From Acidobacteriota bacterium (GTDB lineage: Bacteria; Acidobacteriota; Vicinamibacteria; Vicinamibacterales; UBA2999): a stretch of 64,000 bases of DNA. Within the stretch, counting starts at the first letter, position 1; each line of letters begins with the position of its first letter. Under the pieces are notes generated by a model, which had not been told where the DNA came from, made no database searches, and saw nothing but the letters and a program-made list of their open reading frames with translations. A program made the position numbers and the translations under genes. Positions 10,316 through 22,407 of the stretch are shown here, one piece after another. The stretch lies in contig JACPPO010000097.1 in NCBI GenBank assembly GCA_016190945.1, positions 258 to 64,257 on the forward strand, given 5' to 3'.

Positions 10316-12544
10316 ATGGATCGCGAGCTGCTCGTCGAGATCGGGTGCGAGGAGATCCCGGCGGGATGGCTCCCCGGGCTAACGGTGCAGCTTGCGCGGC
10401 ATCTGGACGCGCGACTCAAGGAGGTCCGGCTCACCTCCTCGGCGCGGGCGGAGAGCTACAGCACCCCCAGACGTCTGACCGCGCGCGTGGCGAAACTTGC
10501 CGAGCGCCAGACGGATTTCGAGGAGACGGTGACCGGACCGCCCGTGGGGGCGGCGTTCGAGGCTGATGGTGGGCCCACCCCTGCGGCGATCGGGTTCGCG
10601 AAGAAGTACGGCGTGGACGTCACCGCACTCGAGCGGCATGAGACACCGAAAGGCGCGTATCTGGCGTACCGGGTACATCACCGCGGCAAGGCAACCATCG
10701 ATGTGCTTGCGGATGTCATGGGCGGGCTCCTGCGCGCCCTCACGTTTCCCAGGCAGATGCGGTGGGACGCCCACCTCGAAGACGGGAAAGGGGACCTCGT
10801 CTTCGCGCGGCCGATCCGGTGGCTGGTGTTGATGTACGGCGGTCGCGTCGTACCGTTCGTCATCCGCCGATCGGAGCTTGCGCAGGGTCCCAACGTACAG
10901 GACATCCGGTCCGGCTCCCAGACCTACGGCCATCGTTTTCTGACGACGAGCGGGCGCGCGGGCCGGGCCATTAAGATCAAGACCTTCGAGGACTACCAGG
11001 CGCGGCTGCTCGAGAACTTCGTCATTCTCGACCGCGCTGAGCGGGAATCCCGCATTCGCCGCGAGCTGGAAACGCATGCGCGCAGGTTAGGCGGTCGCGT
11101 GAGCCCTTCGACCTCGCTCAGGGCAGGCGGCCTGTTCATCGACCAGTCCTCTCTCCTCCAGGAAGTGCCGGACCTCGTGGAGTACCCGTCCGTGGTGGCC
11201 GGCCATTTCCCCGTCGAGTTCCTCCAACTGCCGGAGGAGGTACTGACGACGACAATGATGCATTACCAGCATTACTTTCCAGTCGTGGACGAGGAAGGGA
11301 AGCTGAAACCCGCGTTTCTGGCGGTGACCAACACGGAGCCGGAAAAGCCCGAGATTATCGCGCGCAACGCGGAACGCGTCCTCATCGCGCGGCTTCGTGA
11401 CGCGCAGTTCTTTTGGGATGAAGATCGCGAGGCCACGCTGGAGTCGCGTATTGCACGCCTGTCGACCATCCTCTTCCACAAGAAGCTGGGCAGCTATCGA
11501 GAGAAGGCGGACCGTGTCGCGTCGCTGGCGCGGTGGATTGCCCAGGCCGCGTTCGAGCAGCCCGAGGCAGTTGCCAATGACGCCGAGCGCGCCGGCCGCC
11601 TCTGCAAGGCGGATCTTGTTACGGACATGGTGCGGGAGCTCACCGACCTGCAGGGGGCGATGGGCGGGATCTATGCGCGCGAGGAAGGACAACCCGAGCT
11701 GGTTTGGAAGGCGATCTATTTCCATTACCTGCCGATTGGCGTCGAGGCCGACGCGCCGCCACCGCGCCAGCAGCTTGGCGCCGCGGCCGTCACGTGGGCT
11801 GCCGTATCGCTCGCCGACAAGCTCGACTCCGTTGTGGGGATGTTCATCGCGGGAGAGCGTCCGACCGGCTCGCGCGACCCGCTCGGCTTGCGGCGGCAGG
11901 CGCAGGGCGCAGTGAAAATTCTAACCGACCTGCCGGAGCTGACGGGCCTTCATAAACGGTTGCGAATAGGGCCGCTGCTCGCGCGCGCGGCGGAGCCGTT
12001 CGGTGGGTATGGAGACTCGTCGGCACCCCTCGTCTCGTTCATGGCGGATCGCCTTGGATACCTGCTGGAGCAGCGTGGGTACGACGTGCGCAACGTGCGC
12101 GCCGTCCTACATGGCGGAATCGAGGGCGTGAGCCCCCTGGAAGCTCGCCTGAAGATCGAGGCGCTCGCGCATATGAGCGGATCAGAGGCGCTGCTGAGTG
12201 TCGCGACGTTGTTGAAGCGCGTCAAGAACATCACAAAGGGGGTAGGCGACACGCGCGACTGGGCAGCGATTCAGGCGCGGCTCGTCGAGCCGGCGGAGCA
12301 GACCCTCTGGTCACAAGTCGATGCCCGCGCGCCCGGGATCAGGGATGCGTCGGCGCGCGGTGACTACCGCGAGGCATTCGCGGGCATCGCCGCGCTGCAG
12401 CCCGCCGTGATGAAATTCTTTGACGACGTTCTGGTCATGACCGATGATGAACCGCTTCGGCACGCGCGGCTGGCATTGGTTGCGGCGCTGCGGGATGTGA
12501 TCCTCGCGATTGCCGATATTTCTGAGATCGTTACGGAAAGCTGA
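10316..12544 (+). CDS. glyS: Glycine--tRNA ligase beta subunit
   Basis: 742-aa ORF starting MDRELLVEIGCEEIP (GlyS-type N-terminus), positioned 2 nt after glyQ. Confidence 0.95.
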   Translation: MDRELLVEIGCEEIPAGWLPGLTVQLARHLDARLKEVRLTSSARAESYSTPRRLTARVAKLAERQTDFEETVTGPPVGAAFEADGGPTPAAIGFAKKYGVDVTALERHETPKGAYLAYRVHHRGKATIDVLADVMGGLLRALTFPRQMRWDAHLEDGKGDLVFARPIRWLVLMYGGRVVPFVIRRSELAQGPNVQDIRSGSQTYGHRFLTTSGRAGRAIKIKTFEDYQARLLENFVILDRAERESRIRRELETHARRLGGRVSPSTSLRAGGLFIDQSSLLQEVPDLVEYPSVVAGHFPVEFLQLPEEVLTTTMMHYQHYFPVVDEEGKLKPAFLAVTNTEPEKPEIIARNAERVLIARLRDAQFFWDEDREATLESRIARLSTILFHKKLGSYREKADRVASLARWIAQAAFEQPEAVANDAERAGRLCKADLVTDMVRELTDLQGAMGGIYAREEGQPELVWKAIYFHYLPIGVEADAPPPRQQLGAAAVTWAAVSLADKLDSVVGMFIAGERPTGSRDPLGLRRQAQGAVKILTDLPELTGLHKRLRIGPLLARAAEPFGGYGDSSAPLVSFMADRLGYLLEQRGYDVRNVRAVLHGGIEGVSPLEARLKIEALAHMSGSEALLSVATLLKRVKNITKGVGDTRDWAAIQARLVEPAEQTLWSQVDARAPGIRDASARGDYREAFAGIAALQPAVMKFFDDVLVMTDDEPLRHARLALVAALRDVILAIADISEIVTES

Positions 12545-12558
12545 GAGGTTGAGTCGAA

Positions 12559-15354
<2,796 letters not shown>

Positions 15355-16320
15355 TTGGTCAGTATTTTCCTCCACCAAAACGGCGGGACGACACGCGCGG
15401 ACGAGGTCAATCCGGCATGGCTGACACCGGAATCGGACATCACGCTCTGGGTCGACCTCGCGGCCCCGACGCCGGAGGAGGGCCGCCTCCTCTCCGACGT
15501 GTTTCACTTTCATCCGCTGTCGGTTGAAGACGCGCTCAGCGCGATCCACCATCCGAAGATCGAGGCGTACGAGTCGTATCTGTATCTGATCCTCCACGGC
15601 ATCGACTTTCAGGAAGACGAGCACTGGTTCGCCACGCGGGACGTCGACTTTTTTCTCGGCCGGAATTACCTCGTCACAGTACACGACGGCCGCTCGCGCA
15701 GCATCGCCGAGCTGAGGGAAATCTGCGACCGGAACGAGCACGTGCTCGGCGAAGGGCCGGCGGGTCTCCTTCACCGCATCGTCGACTCGATGGTGGACAA
15801 CTACAGGCCGGAGATAGAGGGACTCGAGCAGCACATGAATGAGCTTGAGGATCAGGTGATCCTCGGCCGCCGCGAGAACTTCGTCCGCGACATCCTGGCA
15901 CTCAAGCGCGACCTTTCCTCGCTTCGTCGTGTCGTCATTCCGCAGCGCGACGCGGTTGGGCGTCTGGCACGCCGGGAATTTCCAACGATCGACGACGAGA
16001 TGGCGTTCCGATTTCGTGACGTCTACGACCAGCTCGTGCGGCTCTCGGAGGAAGCCACTATGTTCCAGGATCGCGTGACCGGAATCCTCGAGGCGCACCT
16101 GTCGACCATCTCGAACCGGCTCAACCTCGTGATGAAGGTCCTGACGGTGATGTCCACGATTTTTCTGCCGCTCACGGTGCTGACAGGCATGTGGGGGATG
16201 AACGTTCCGCTCCCCGCGTTTCCCGGCGGTGAGACGCCGCAATTCTGGTGGGTTGCGGCGTGCATGGTGGCGATCTCCGGCGTCATGCTGGTACTGTTCT
16301 GGCGCAAGGGCTGGCTCTGA
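15355..16320 (+). CDS. corA: Magnesium/cobalt transporter CorA
   Basis: C-terminal two TM helices with the signature GMWGMNV (GMN motif). TTG start directly after the ppdK stop. Confidence 0.9.
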   Translation: MVSIFLHQNGGTTRADEVNPAWLTPESDITLWVDLAAPTPEEGRLLSDVFHFHPLSVEDALSAIHHPKIEAYESYLYLILHGIDFQEDEHWFATRDVDFFLGRNYLVTVHDGRSRSIAELREICDRNEHVLGEGPAGLLHRIVDSMVDNYRPEIEGLEQHMNELEDQVILGRRENFVRDILALKRDLSSLRRVVIPQRDAVGRLARREFPTIDDEMAFRFRDVYDQLVRLSEEATMFQDRVTGILEAHLSTISNRLNLVMKVLTVMSTIFLPLTVLTGMWGMNVPLPAFPGGETPQFWWVAACMVAISGVMLVLFWRKGWL

Positions 16321-16323
16321 GGC

Positions 16324-18102
16324 ATGAGCCGGATCCAGATCCTTCCGGGCGATCTCGCCAACCAGATTGCCGCCGGTGAGGTGGTCGAGCGCCCGGCGTC
16401 CGTGATCAAGGAACTGATCGAGAACTCGATTGACGCGGGTGCGCGCCGCATCTCTATTGCCATCGAGCTCGGCGGCAAGAAGCTGATTCACGTCGAAGAC
16501 GACGGCGAGGGGATGGGGCCGGAAGACGCCCGGCTCGCCGTCCAACGCCACGCCACGAGCAAGATCCGGCGGGCGGAGGACCTCGAGGGCATCGCGACGC
16601 TGGGATTCCGCGGCGAGGCGCTGCCGAGCATCGCGTCGGTTGCGCATGTCGTGCTGCGGAGCCGGGCGCGAGGCGCGGAATCGGGCACCGAGATTCGGAT
16701 CAATGGCGGTGCGGTAGCGTCGGTCACCGAGGTCGGGACGGGCGAAGGGACCTCAGTCGACGTCGCCGACCTGTTCTACAACCTGCCGGCTCGCCGCAAG
16801 TTCCTGAAGTCCGACGGCGCGGAGTCCGCCCAGGTCTCGCGCGTTGTGACGCAGCTGGCTCAGTGCTATCCGGAGATCGGCTTTACGTTGACGAGCGCCG
16901 GGCGCAAGGTGCTGCAATGCCCGCCGGTCGGCGCCCTTCGCGATCGGCTGTACCAGCTGTACGGCGAGCGGAACGATTTCATCGAAGTGCGGCGTGATGT
17001 TGGGGCTATCAAGGTCCTGGGCTACGTCGCCGCGCTTGCCGAGCAGGGGCCCGCCCGCGGTCCACAGAACGTGTTCGTCAATCGGCGGATCGTGAAGGAC
17101 CGCACCATCGCGCACGCCATCATTGATGCCTACAGCGTGGCCTCCATCAAGGAGCGTAGCCCTGAGGTGCACCTATTCATTTCGATGCCGTACACGGCGG
17201 TGGACGTCAACGTCCATCCGACCAAGGCGGAGGTGCGCTTTCGCGATCAGTCGCACATCCACGAGGTGGTCCGGCGGACGCTCGGTGACGCGCTGGGCCG
17301 GGGCCCGGCGCCAGAGCTGCAGCTCGAGGCGCCGCCGGCCTACCAGGCGCCGGCAACCACGCTGCCGCTGCCCACCGCGTACGCGGGCACGTTCCCAAGC
17401 CGCTGGACGGTAGGGGCCGCCGTCGCACCGTCGACCGTGCCGTCGGACCCCGGCACCGTCGCCCCCTTGGACGCACCCTCGCACCTTCGCACTGTCGCAC
17501 CGCGCACTGACGCGGAGTTCGTAATCCGTCCGATGATCGCGTTGGGCCAGTTTCGCGACACGTTCATCATCGCCGTGGACGAGGAGGGCATCGCGATCGT
17601 CGACCAGCATGTGGCCCATGAGCGCGTGCTGTTCGAGCGAATCGTGGAGCGGCTGACCGCCGGCCCACTCGAGAGCCAGCGCCTGCTCGAACCGATGCTC
17701 ATCGACTTGCCCGCAGCCGCGCGTCAGGCCCTGGTGGCGCATACCGCCGGGCTCGAGCGTATGGGATTTGAGCTGGAGGAGTTCGGCGGGGAAGCCGTTC
17801 GCGTCGTCGCGGCCCCTGCGTTGTTGCGGCGCGAGGAGTGCGAGGCGGCGATTCGGGCGCTGGGCGAGGACCTTGAAGGCCTCGATCGGGGGTCACGGGT
17901 GGACGAGGCGCTGAAACGCATCGCCGCGACGATGGCCTGCCATGCCGCGGTGAAGGCCAATTACCCGCTCACGGCGGAAAAGATGGCACACATCCTGGAC
18001 GAGCTGCGTCGAACAGCGTATTCGACCATCTGCCCGCACGGACGGCCGGTGATGCTCCGTCTGACGCGCCGAGAGGTCGAAAAGAACTTCCAGCGCGTTT
18101 GA
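16324..18102 (+). CDS. mutL: DNA mismatch repair protein MutL
   Basis: GHKL ATPase N-terminus (ANQIAAGEVVERPASVIKELIENSIDAGA), a low-complexity linker and a C-terminal dimerisation domain (ALGQFRDTFIIA). Confidence 0.95.
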   Translation: MSRIQILPGDLANQIAAGEVVERPASVIKELIENSIDAGARRISIAIELGGKKLIHVEDDGEGMGPEDARLAVQRHATSKIRRAEDLEGIATLGFRGEALPSIASVAHVVLRSRARGAESGTEIRINGGAVASVTEVGTGEGTSVDVADLFYNLPARRKFLKSDGAESAQVSRVVTQLAQCYPEIGFTLTSAGRKVLQCPPVGALRDRLYQLYGERNDFIEVRRDVGAIKVLGYVAALAEQGPARGPQNVFVNRRIVKDRTIAHAIIDAYSVASIKERSPEVHLFISMPYTAVDVNVHPTKAEVRFRDQSHIHEVVRRTLGDALGRGPAPELQLEAPPAYQAPATTLPLPTAYAGTFPSRWTVGAAVAPSTVPSDPGTVAPLDAPSHLRTVAPRTDAEFVIRPMIALGQFRDTFIIAVDEEGIAIVDQHVAHERVLFERIVERLTAGPLESQRLLEPMLIDLPAAARQALVAHTAGLERMGFELEEFGGEAVRVVAAPALLRREECEAAIRALGEDLEGLDRGSRVDEALKRIAATMACHAAVKANYPLTAEKMAHILDELRRTAYSTICPHGRPVMLRLTRREVEKNFQRV

Positions 18103-18233
18103 GGGGGTGCGCGAACGCCTCAGGCAGGCTCGATAACCGCCACCAGGCTCTTAGGCATTACTTCCTCTTCGGTCTCACCCACGCTGATGACACCGGAAGG
18201 TCCTTGCACCCGCGAACCTCGCCGCCTCGCACC

Positions 18234-19628
18234 TCAGCTCTTGCGCTTCTTCAGCTTCTTCCATTCCTCGAGCCGTTTCCGAATCTCCTTCTCGAAGCCG
18301 CGCTCGGGCGGCTTGTAGTATTGGCGACGGGCAAGCGACGCCGGCAGGCACTCCATGGCAGCAATGGCGTCCGGCTCGTCGTGCGCGTACCGGTAGTCCT
18401 TTCCGTACTCGAGCTCTTTCATCAGCTTCGTTGGGGCGTTCCTCAGATGCAGTGGCACCGGGTCGGCCGCCTGCGCATGTGCGTCAGCGGCGGCAGCTTC
18501 GTACGCGGCATAGACGGCGTTGCTCTTGGGCGCGGTTGCCAGGTAGATGGCCGCCTGCGCGAGAGCGGCGCTGCCTTCGGGCATGCCGATGAAGTGCGCC
18601 GCGTCCTTGGCGGCCACCGCGACCGCCAGCGCCTGTGGGTCCGCGTTGCCGACGTCCTCGGACGCAAAGCGAATCAGCCGCCGCGCGATATACAGGGGAT
18701 CCTCGCCCGCCTCGAGCATGCGCGCGACCCAGTAGACGGCGGCATCCGGATCGCTGTTCCGCATCGATTTGTGGAGCGCCGAGATTAGGTTGTAGTGCTC
18801 CTCGCCACTCTTGTCGTACAAGAGGGCGCGGCGCTGGATAGACTGCTCGAGCTGCGGGAGATCGAGGCGGCGGCCGGTGGTGCCTGGCTCCTCGGGCGCC
18901 GCGGCTGCGGACAACTCCAGCAGGTTCAGCGCGCTCCGCGCGTCGCCATTGGCAAACCGCGCGATGGCTGCAATTGCCGCGTCGGTAACGGTGATGTCCA
19001 TCTTGCCGAGACCGCGATCGACGTCCGCCAGTCCGCGGCGCAGGATGGTCTCGATCCCGTCTGCCGTCAGCGGTTGAAGCAGGAACACTTTCGACCGCGA
19101 AAGCAGCGCCGCGTTGACTTCAAATGACGGGTTCTCAGTCGTGGCACCGATCAGGACGATATCGCCCCCTTCGACCCGGGGAAGAAACGCGTCTTGCTGC
19201 GCCTTGTTGAACCGGTGGATCTCGTCGATGAACACGATCGTGCGCCGGCCCGTGGTATGCCGTCGCGCCTCGGCGGCCGCCATGACCTCCTTGATTTCTT
19301 TGATCCCGGAGAGAACGGCGCTGAACTGGACAAAGTGCGCCTTGGTCATGTCCGCGACGATGCGCGCGAGGGTGGTCTTGCCGGTACCGGGTGGACCCCA
19401 CAGGATGATCGATTGCAGCATGTCGCGTTCGATGGCTTCTCGGAGGGGCCTGCCGGGCGCGAGGATCTGCTCCTGCCCGACGACCTCGTCCAGGGTGCGG
19501 GGGCGCACGCGGTCGGCGAGAGGAGTGCCTTCGACCGGCGCGCGGCCTCTAGGTAACGAGGTGTCTCCGTGCCTCCGTACCTCCGTGGCCCGTGGAGACG
19601 GTTCGTCGTCGAAGAGGAAGTTGCTCAT
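18234..19628 (-). CDS. rarA: Replication-associated recombination protein A (RarA/MgsA AAA+ ATPase)
   Basis: Walker A GPPGTGKTTLARIVA, Walker B IVFIDEIHRFNK and MgsA C-terminal domain. The start was set to ATG 19628 (MSNFLFDDE), which overlaps the upstream gene's stop (ATGA). The 108 extra codons of the track ORF overlap that gene. Confidence 0.93.
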   Translation of the reverse strand: MSNFLFDDEPSPRATEVRRHGDTSLPRGRAPVEGTPLADRVRPRTLDEVVGQEQILAPGRPLREAIERDMLQSIILWGPPGTGKTTLARIVADMTKAHFVQFSAVLSGIKEIKEVMAAAEARRHTTGRRTIVFIDEIHRFNKAQQDAFLPRVEGGDIVLIGATTENPSFEVNAALLSRSKVFLLQPLTADGIETILRRGLADVDRGLGKMDITVTDAAIAAIARFANGDARSALNLLELSAAAAPEEPGTTGRRLDLPQLEQSIQRRALLYDKSGEEHYNLISALHKSMRNSDPDAAVYWVARMLEAGEDPLYIARRLIRFASEDVGNADPQALAVAVAAKDAAHFIGMPEGSAALAQAAIYLATAPKSNAVYAAYEAAAADAHAQAADPVPLHLRNAPTKLMKELEYGKDYRYAHDEPDAIAAMECLPASLARRQYYKPPERGFEKEIRKRLEEWKKLKKRKS

Positions 19629-20422
19629 GATTGCTGGCGGCGCGCCGCGTAAATGAGGATCGCACCCGCCACCGCCACGTTGAGAGATTCCACAGGCGGC
19701 GTCATCGGGATCGTGACGAGTTCGTCGCACTGAGCTAGAACGCCGGCCGGCAGGCCGGGCCCTTCGCCGCCCAGGAGCAACGCGACGGGGCGGCTCCAAT
19801 TGATGGTATCCGGCGCGCGCCCGTCGTGCGGCACCGCGGCCACCGTCGTGGTCCCGGACGTCCGGGCACAAGCCACGATCGCATCGGGTGTCAGACCGGC
19901 CGCGACCGGCAGGCGCAGCGCGCTGCCCATACTCCCGCGCAGCGCCTTCCACGAGAACGGGTTCGCCGACGTGCCCGTGACGAGCACGCCTGTCACGCCG
20001 CCAGCCTCGGCTGCGCGGACAAGTGCGCCGAGGTTGCCTGGATCCTGGACGTCGACCGCAACGAGCGTGAACCCGTTGGCCGCGCGGCAGATGGCGGTAG
20101 GGTCAGATGGTGATCGCCACGCAATGGCCGCAATGCCGGATGGCGACCGCACAGGGATCATCGTCGCGAAGGCCTCATCGCCGACAGCGAAGACAGGGGC
20201 TCCCGCTGAGTCCAGTGAGCGCGCCATCTCGCCCTCTTCGGTGTTGCCATTCAGACGGGACGAGGCGACCGCCACCGCCTCGAACCCCAGAGCTGCCGCC
20301 CGCGCCTCGCGCACGAGATGCACGCCGTCGAGCAGGAGCCGCGTGCCGTCTGCATCGGGCGCGTCCGCCAGCGCGCGAAACGCACGGACGATCGGGTTCT
20401 GGCGGCTGGAGATCGTCTTCAT
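19625..20422 (-). CDS. TrmH/SpoU-family RNA 2'-O-methyltransferase
   Basis: SpoU methylase motifs (LLLGGEGPGLP, IPMTPPVESLNVAVAGAILIY). Confidence 0.85.
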   Translation of the reverse strand: MKTISSRQNPIVRAFRALADAPDADGTRLLLDGVHLVREARAAALGFEAVAVASSRLNGNTEEGEMARSLDSAGAPVFAVGDEAFATMIPVRSPSGIAAIAWRSPSDPTAICRAANGFTLVAVDVQDPGNLGALVRAAEAGGVTGVLVTGTSANPFSWKALRGSMGSALRLPVAAGLTPDAIVACARTSGTTTVAAVPHDGRAPDTINWSRPVALLLGGEGPGLPAGVLAQCDELVTIPMTPPVESLNVAVAGAILIYAARRQQS

Positions 20423-20428
20423 CTAGCT

Positions 20429-20481
20429 GGTAGTTGGTAGCTGATAGTTCGTGGTTCGTGTTCGTGTTGCTACCAACTACC
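20429..20481. repeat. 13-bp perfect inverted repeat (GGTAGTTGGTAGC / GCTACCAACTACC) enclosing three GTTCGTG direct repeats, embedded in a heptamer array
   Basis: Read directly: arms at 20429-20441 and 20469-20481, with loop tgataGTTCGTGGTTCGTGTTCGTGtt. It is followed by CTACCGA-type heptamers to ~20512. It lies in the divergent intergenic region between the TrmH-family gene and greA. Confidence 0.8.
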
Positions 20482-20532
20482 GACTACAAACTACCGACTA
20501 CCGACTGCCAACCGAATTCAGCATAACAGACT

Positions 20533-21021
20533 GTGCTAGAGTCTGAATCTGCCGTGAAAGACCGCATTCTGAAGCGTTTTAGCGATCAGATCGCCGCGCT
20601 CGAGCGCGAGCTGAGATTCGAGCTGCCCAAGGAGATTCAGCGCGCGCGTGAACATGGCGATCTGCGCGAGAACGCGGAGTACAAGGCCGCCAGAGAGCGC
20701 CAGGGGATTCTCAACACGCAGATCGCAATGCTGAAGAAGCGCGTCGGGGAGATTTCGATGATGAACCTCGATCGCATCCCGCGCGACCGCGCCGGTTTCG
20801 GATCGACGGTGCATCTTCGCGGCGCCAACGGCGACACCATCATCTATCAGCTCGTCATGCCCGAGGACGCCGACGCGGATAAGGGGATGATCTCCACCTC
20901 GTCGCCGATCGGCCGCGCCATTCTCAACAAGGAGGAAGGCGACGAGATCAAGGTGACGACCCCGAATGGCGTCCGCCGTTTTGAGCTGGTCAAGGTCACG
21001 ACGATCCACGACGAAGAATGA
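20533..21021 (+). CDS. greA: Transcription elongation factor GreA
   Basis: Coiled-coil N-domain with AREHGDLRENAEYKAARERQ and a C-terminal FKBP-like domain (ISTSSPIGRAILNKEEGDEI). The in-frame GTG 20554 is an alternative start. Confidence 0.92.
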   Translation: MLESESAVKDRILKRFSDQIAALERELRFELPKEIQRAREHGDLRENAEYKAARERQGILNTQIAMLKKRVGEISMMNLDRIPRDRAGFGSTVHLRGANGDTIIYQLVMPEDADADKGMISTSSPIGRAILNKEEGDEIKVTTPNGVRRFELVKVTTIHDEE

Positions 21022-21024
21022 GGC

Positions 21025-22368
21025 GTGCAGCCGTACTCTCCTGAGCGTCGCACCGCCCTCGTGCTGTGCGGAACCGGCGCGCACGGCGCTTATCATGCGG
21101 GCGTGCTGCGCGCTCTGCAGGAGGCGGGCGTCAAGATCGACGTGATGGCGGGACAGGGTGTCGGGGCCGGCGCCGCCGCCCTGGCGGCGATCGATGGTGC
21201 CGCTCGTCTCTGGGATGCCGACGGGATTTGGCGCGGCGCCGCGATCCGGACGTTTTATCGGTGGAAATGGCCGTTGCGCGCGGCCGGATGGCTGTGTCTT
21301 CTGCTGGTCGCGATGCTCGCGGCCCCGCTTCTGTTCCTCGCCCTTGGGCTGCCGGGCTATCCAATCGAATTCATATCGGTCGCGCTGATGGATATCGCCG
21401 CGCTGCTGGCGGTACTCGCGGCGGGCGTGGCAATCGCGCAACACCGGGTGCCGGCCCGGCGAAAAGCCCGAGGCGCATGGTGGTGGCGGATCCTGGGCGC
21501 GCCGCTTGATGCGGATACCGCCCGTGACACATTCGCCGCGTCACTCTGGCAGTTGATTCGCGGCGCCGCCCATGTGGCGCGTCCGCCGGGTCCTGCGCTC
21601 GGTCGCCGCTACGCCGGCGTGCTGGCGGAGAATCTCGGTCAGCCTGGATTTCGCGAGCTGATGATCGTCGCGACCGACCTGGATGCACGCCGCGACGTGG
21701 TTGGGGCGCTGCTTCGGGAGCCCTACCGGCACGAGTTTGTCGCGCCGCGCCCCGAGCGTGAGCGGCGATGCGAGGTGGTCGATCTCACCGGCGCCGGCCG
21801 CGATCATGCCTTTGATCTCATCGCCGCCGGGTTGACGCCGCTGCTTGGATGCGACGCTCACATGATGACCTTTGGCGCCGACAGCTACTGGCGGGGAGAA
21901 ACACACCGCGCGTGCGACCGGCCCGGCGCGGTCTCACGGCTGCTGGAGGAGCTTGCCGCGGCCGGCGTCTCCCAGGCCATCCTCGTCAGCGCGGTCGCGG
22001 CGCCGCCGCCACCGCACCGGCTGAACGTGCCCAGGCTGGAAATCCGGCACCGTCTTGGAGAGTTTCTGGCAGCGGCTGAATCCGCGGCGCTGCGGGACGC
22101 CACCGAGATGGCGCGGCTCCGGTTCGATTCCGTGTACCTGATTTGTCCGGCGCACAATCCCGTTGGCGCCTTCGACTTTGCCGGCGCGTATGATGAGGCC
22201 TCGGACCGGCGGCAGGACCTGGTGGAGCTGATGGAACGCGCGTACGAAGACGCCTATCGCCAGTTCATCGAGCCTGTCGTCGGCGCCAGTGGCGAGCATC
22301 TCGCGCGCGCGAGTAAGGGCAACGGGCCACAGAGCCACAGGGACACAGAGAAACTCGATTCTCTGTGA
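21025..22368 (+). CDS. Patatin-like phospholipase-domain membrane protein, predicted non-catalytic (Ser nucleophile replaced)
   Basis: Patatin block I-like LVLCGTGAHGAYHAGVLRAL. The block II position reads AGQGVGAG instead of G-x-S-x-G. A central pair of TM helices is present (WLCLLLVAMLAAPLLFLALGL...ALLAVLAAGVAIA). Confidence 0.6.
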   Translation: MQPYSPERRTALVLCGTGAHGAYHAGVLRALQEAGVKIDVMAGQGVGAGAAALAAIDGAARLWDADGIWRGAAIRTFYRWKWPLRAAGWLCLLLVAMLAAPLLFLALGLPGYPIEFISVALMDIAALLAVLAAGVAIAQHRVPARRKARGAWWWRILGAPLDADTARDTFAASLWQLIRGAAHVARPPGPALGRRYAGVLAENLGQPGFRELMIVATDLDARRDVVGALLREPYRHEFVAPRPERERRCEVVDLTGAGRDHAFDLIAAGLTPLLGCDAHMMTFGADSYWRGETHRACDRPGAVSRLLEELAAAGVSQAILVSAVAAPPPPHRLNVPRLEIRHRLGEFLAAAESAALRDATEMARLRFDSVYLICPAHNPVGAFDFAGAYDEASDRRQDLVELMERAYEDAYRQFIEPVVGASGEHLARASKGNGPQSHRDTEKLDSL

Positions 22369-22407
22369 CCCTGAGTCTGTGTGGCCTGTCTCACAAGAGC
22401 AGGGCCG

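Noticed and set aside
20427-20512. CRISPR-like array (also considered for 46827-46865).
   Set aside because: The units are only 7-9 nt with no spacers, and there are no cas genes. These are short tandem repeats, not CRISPR.
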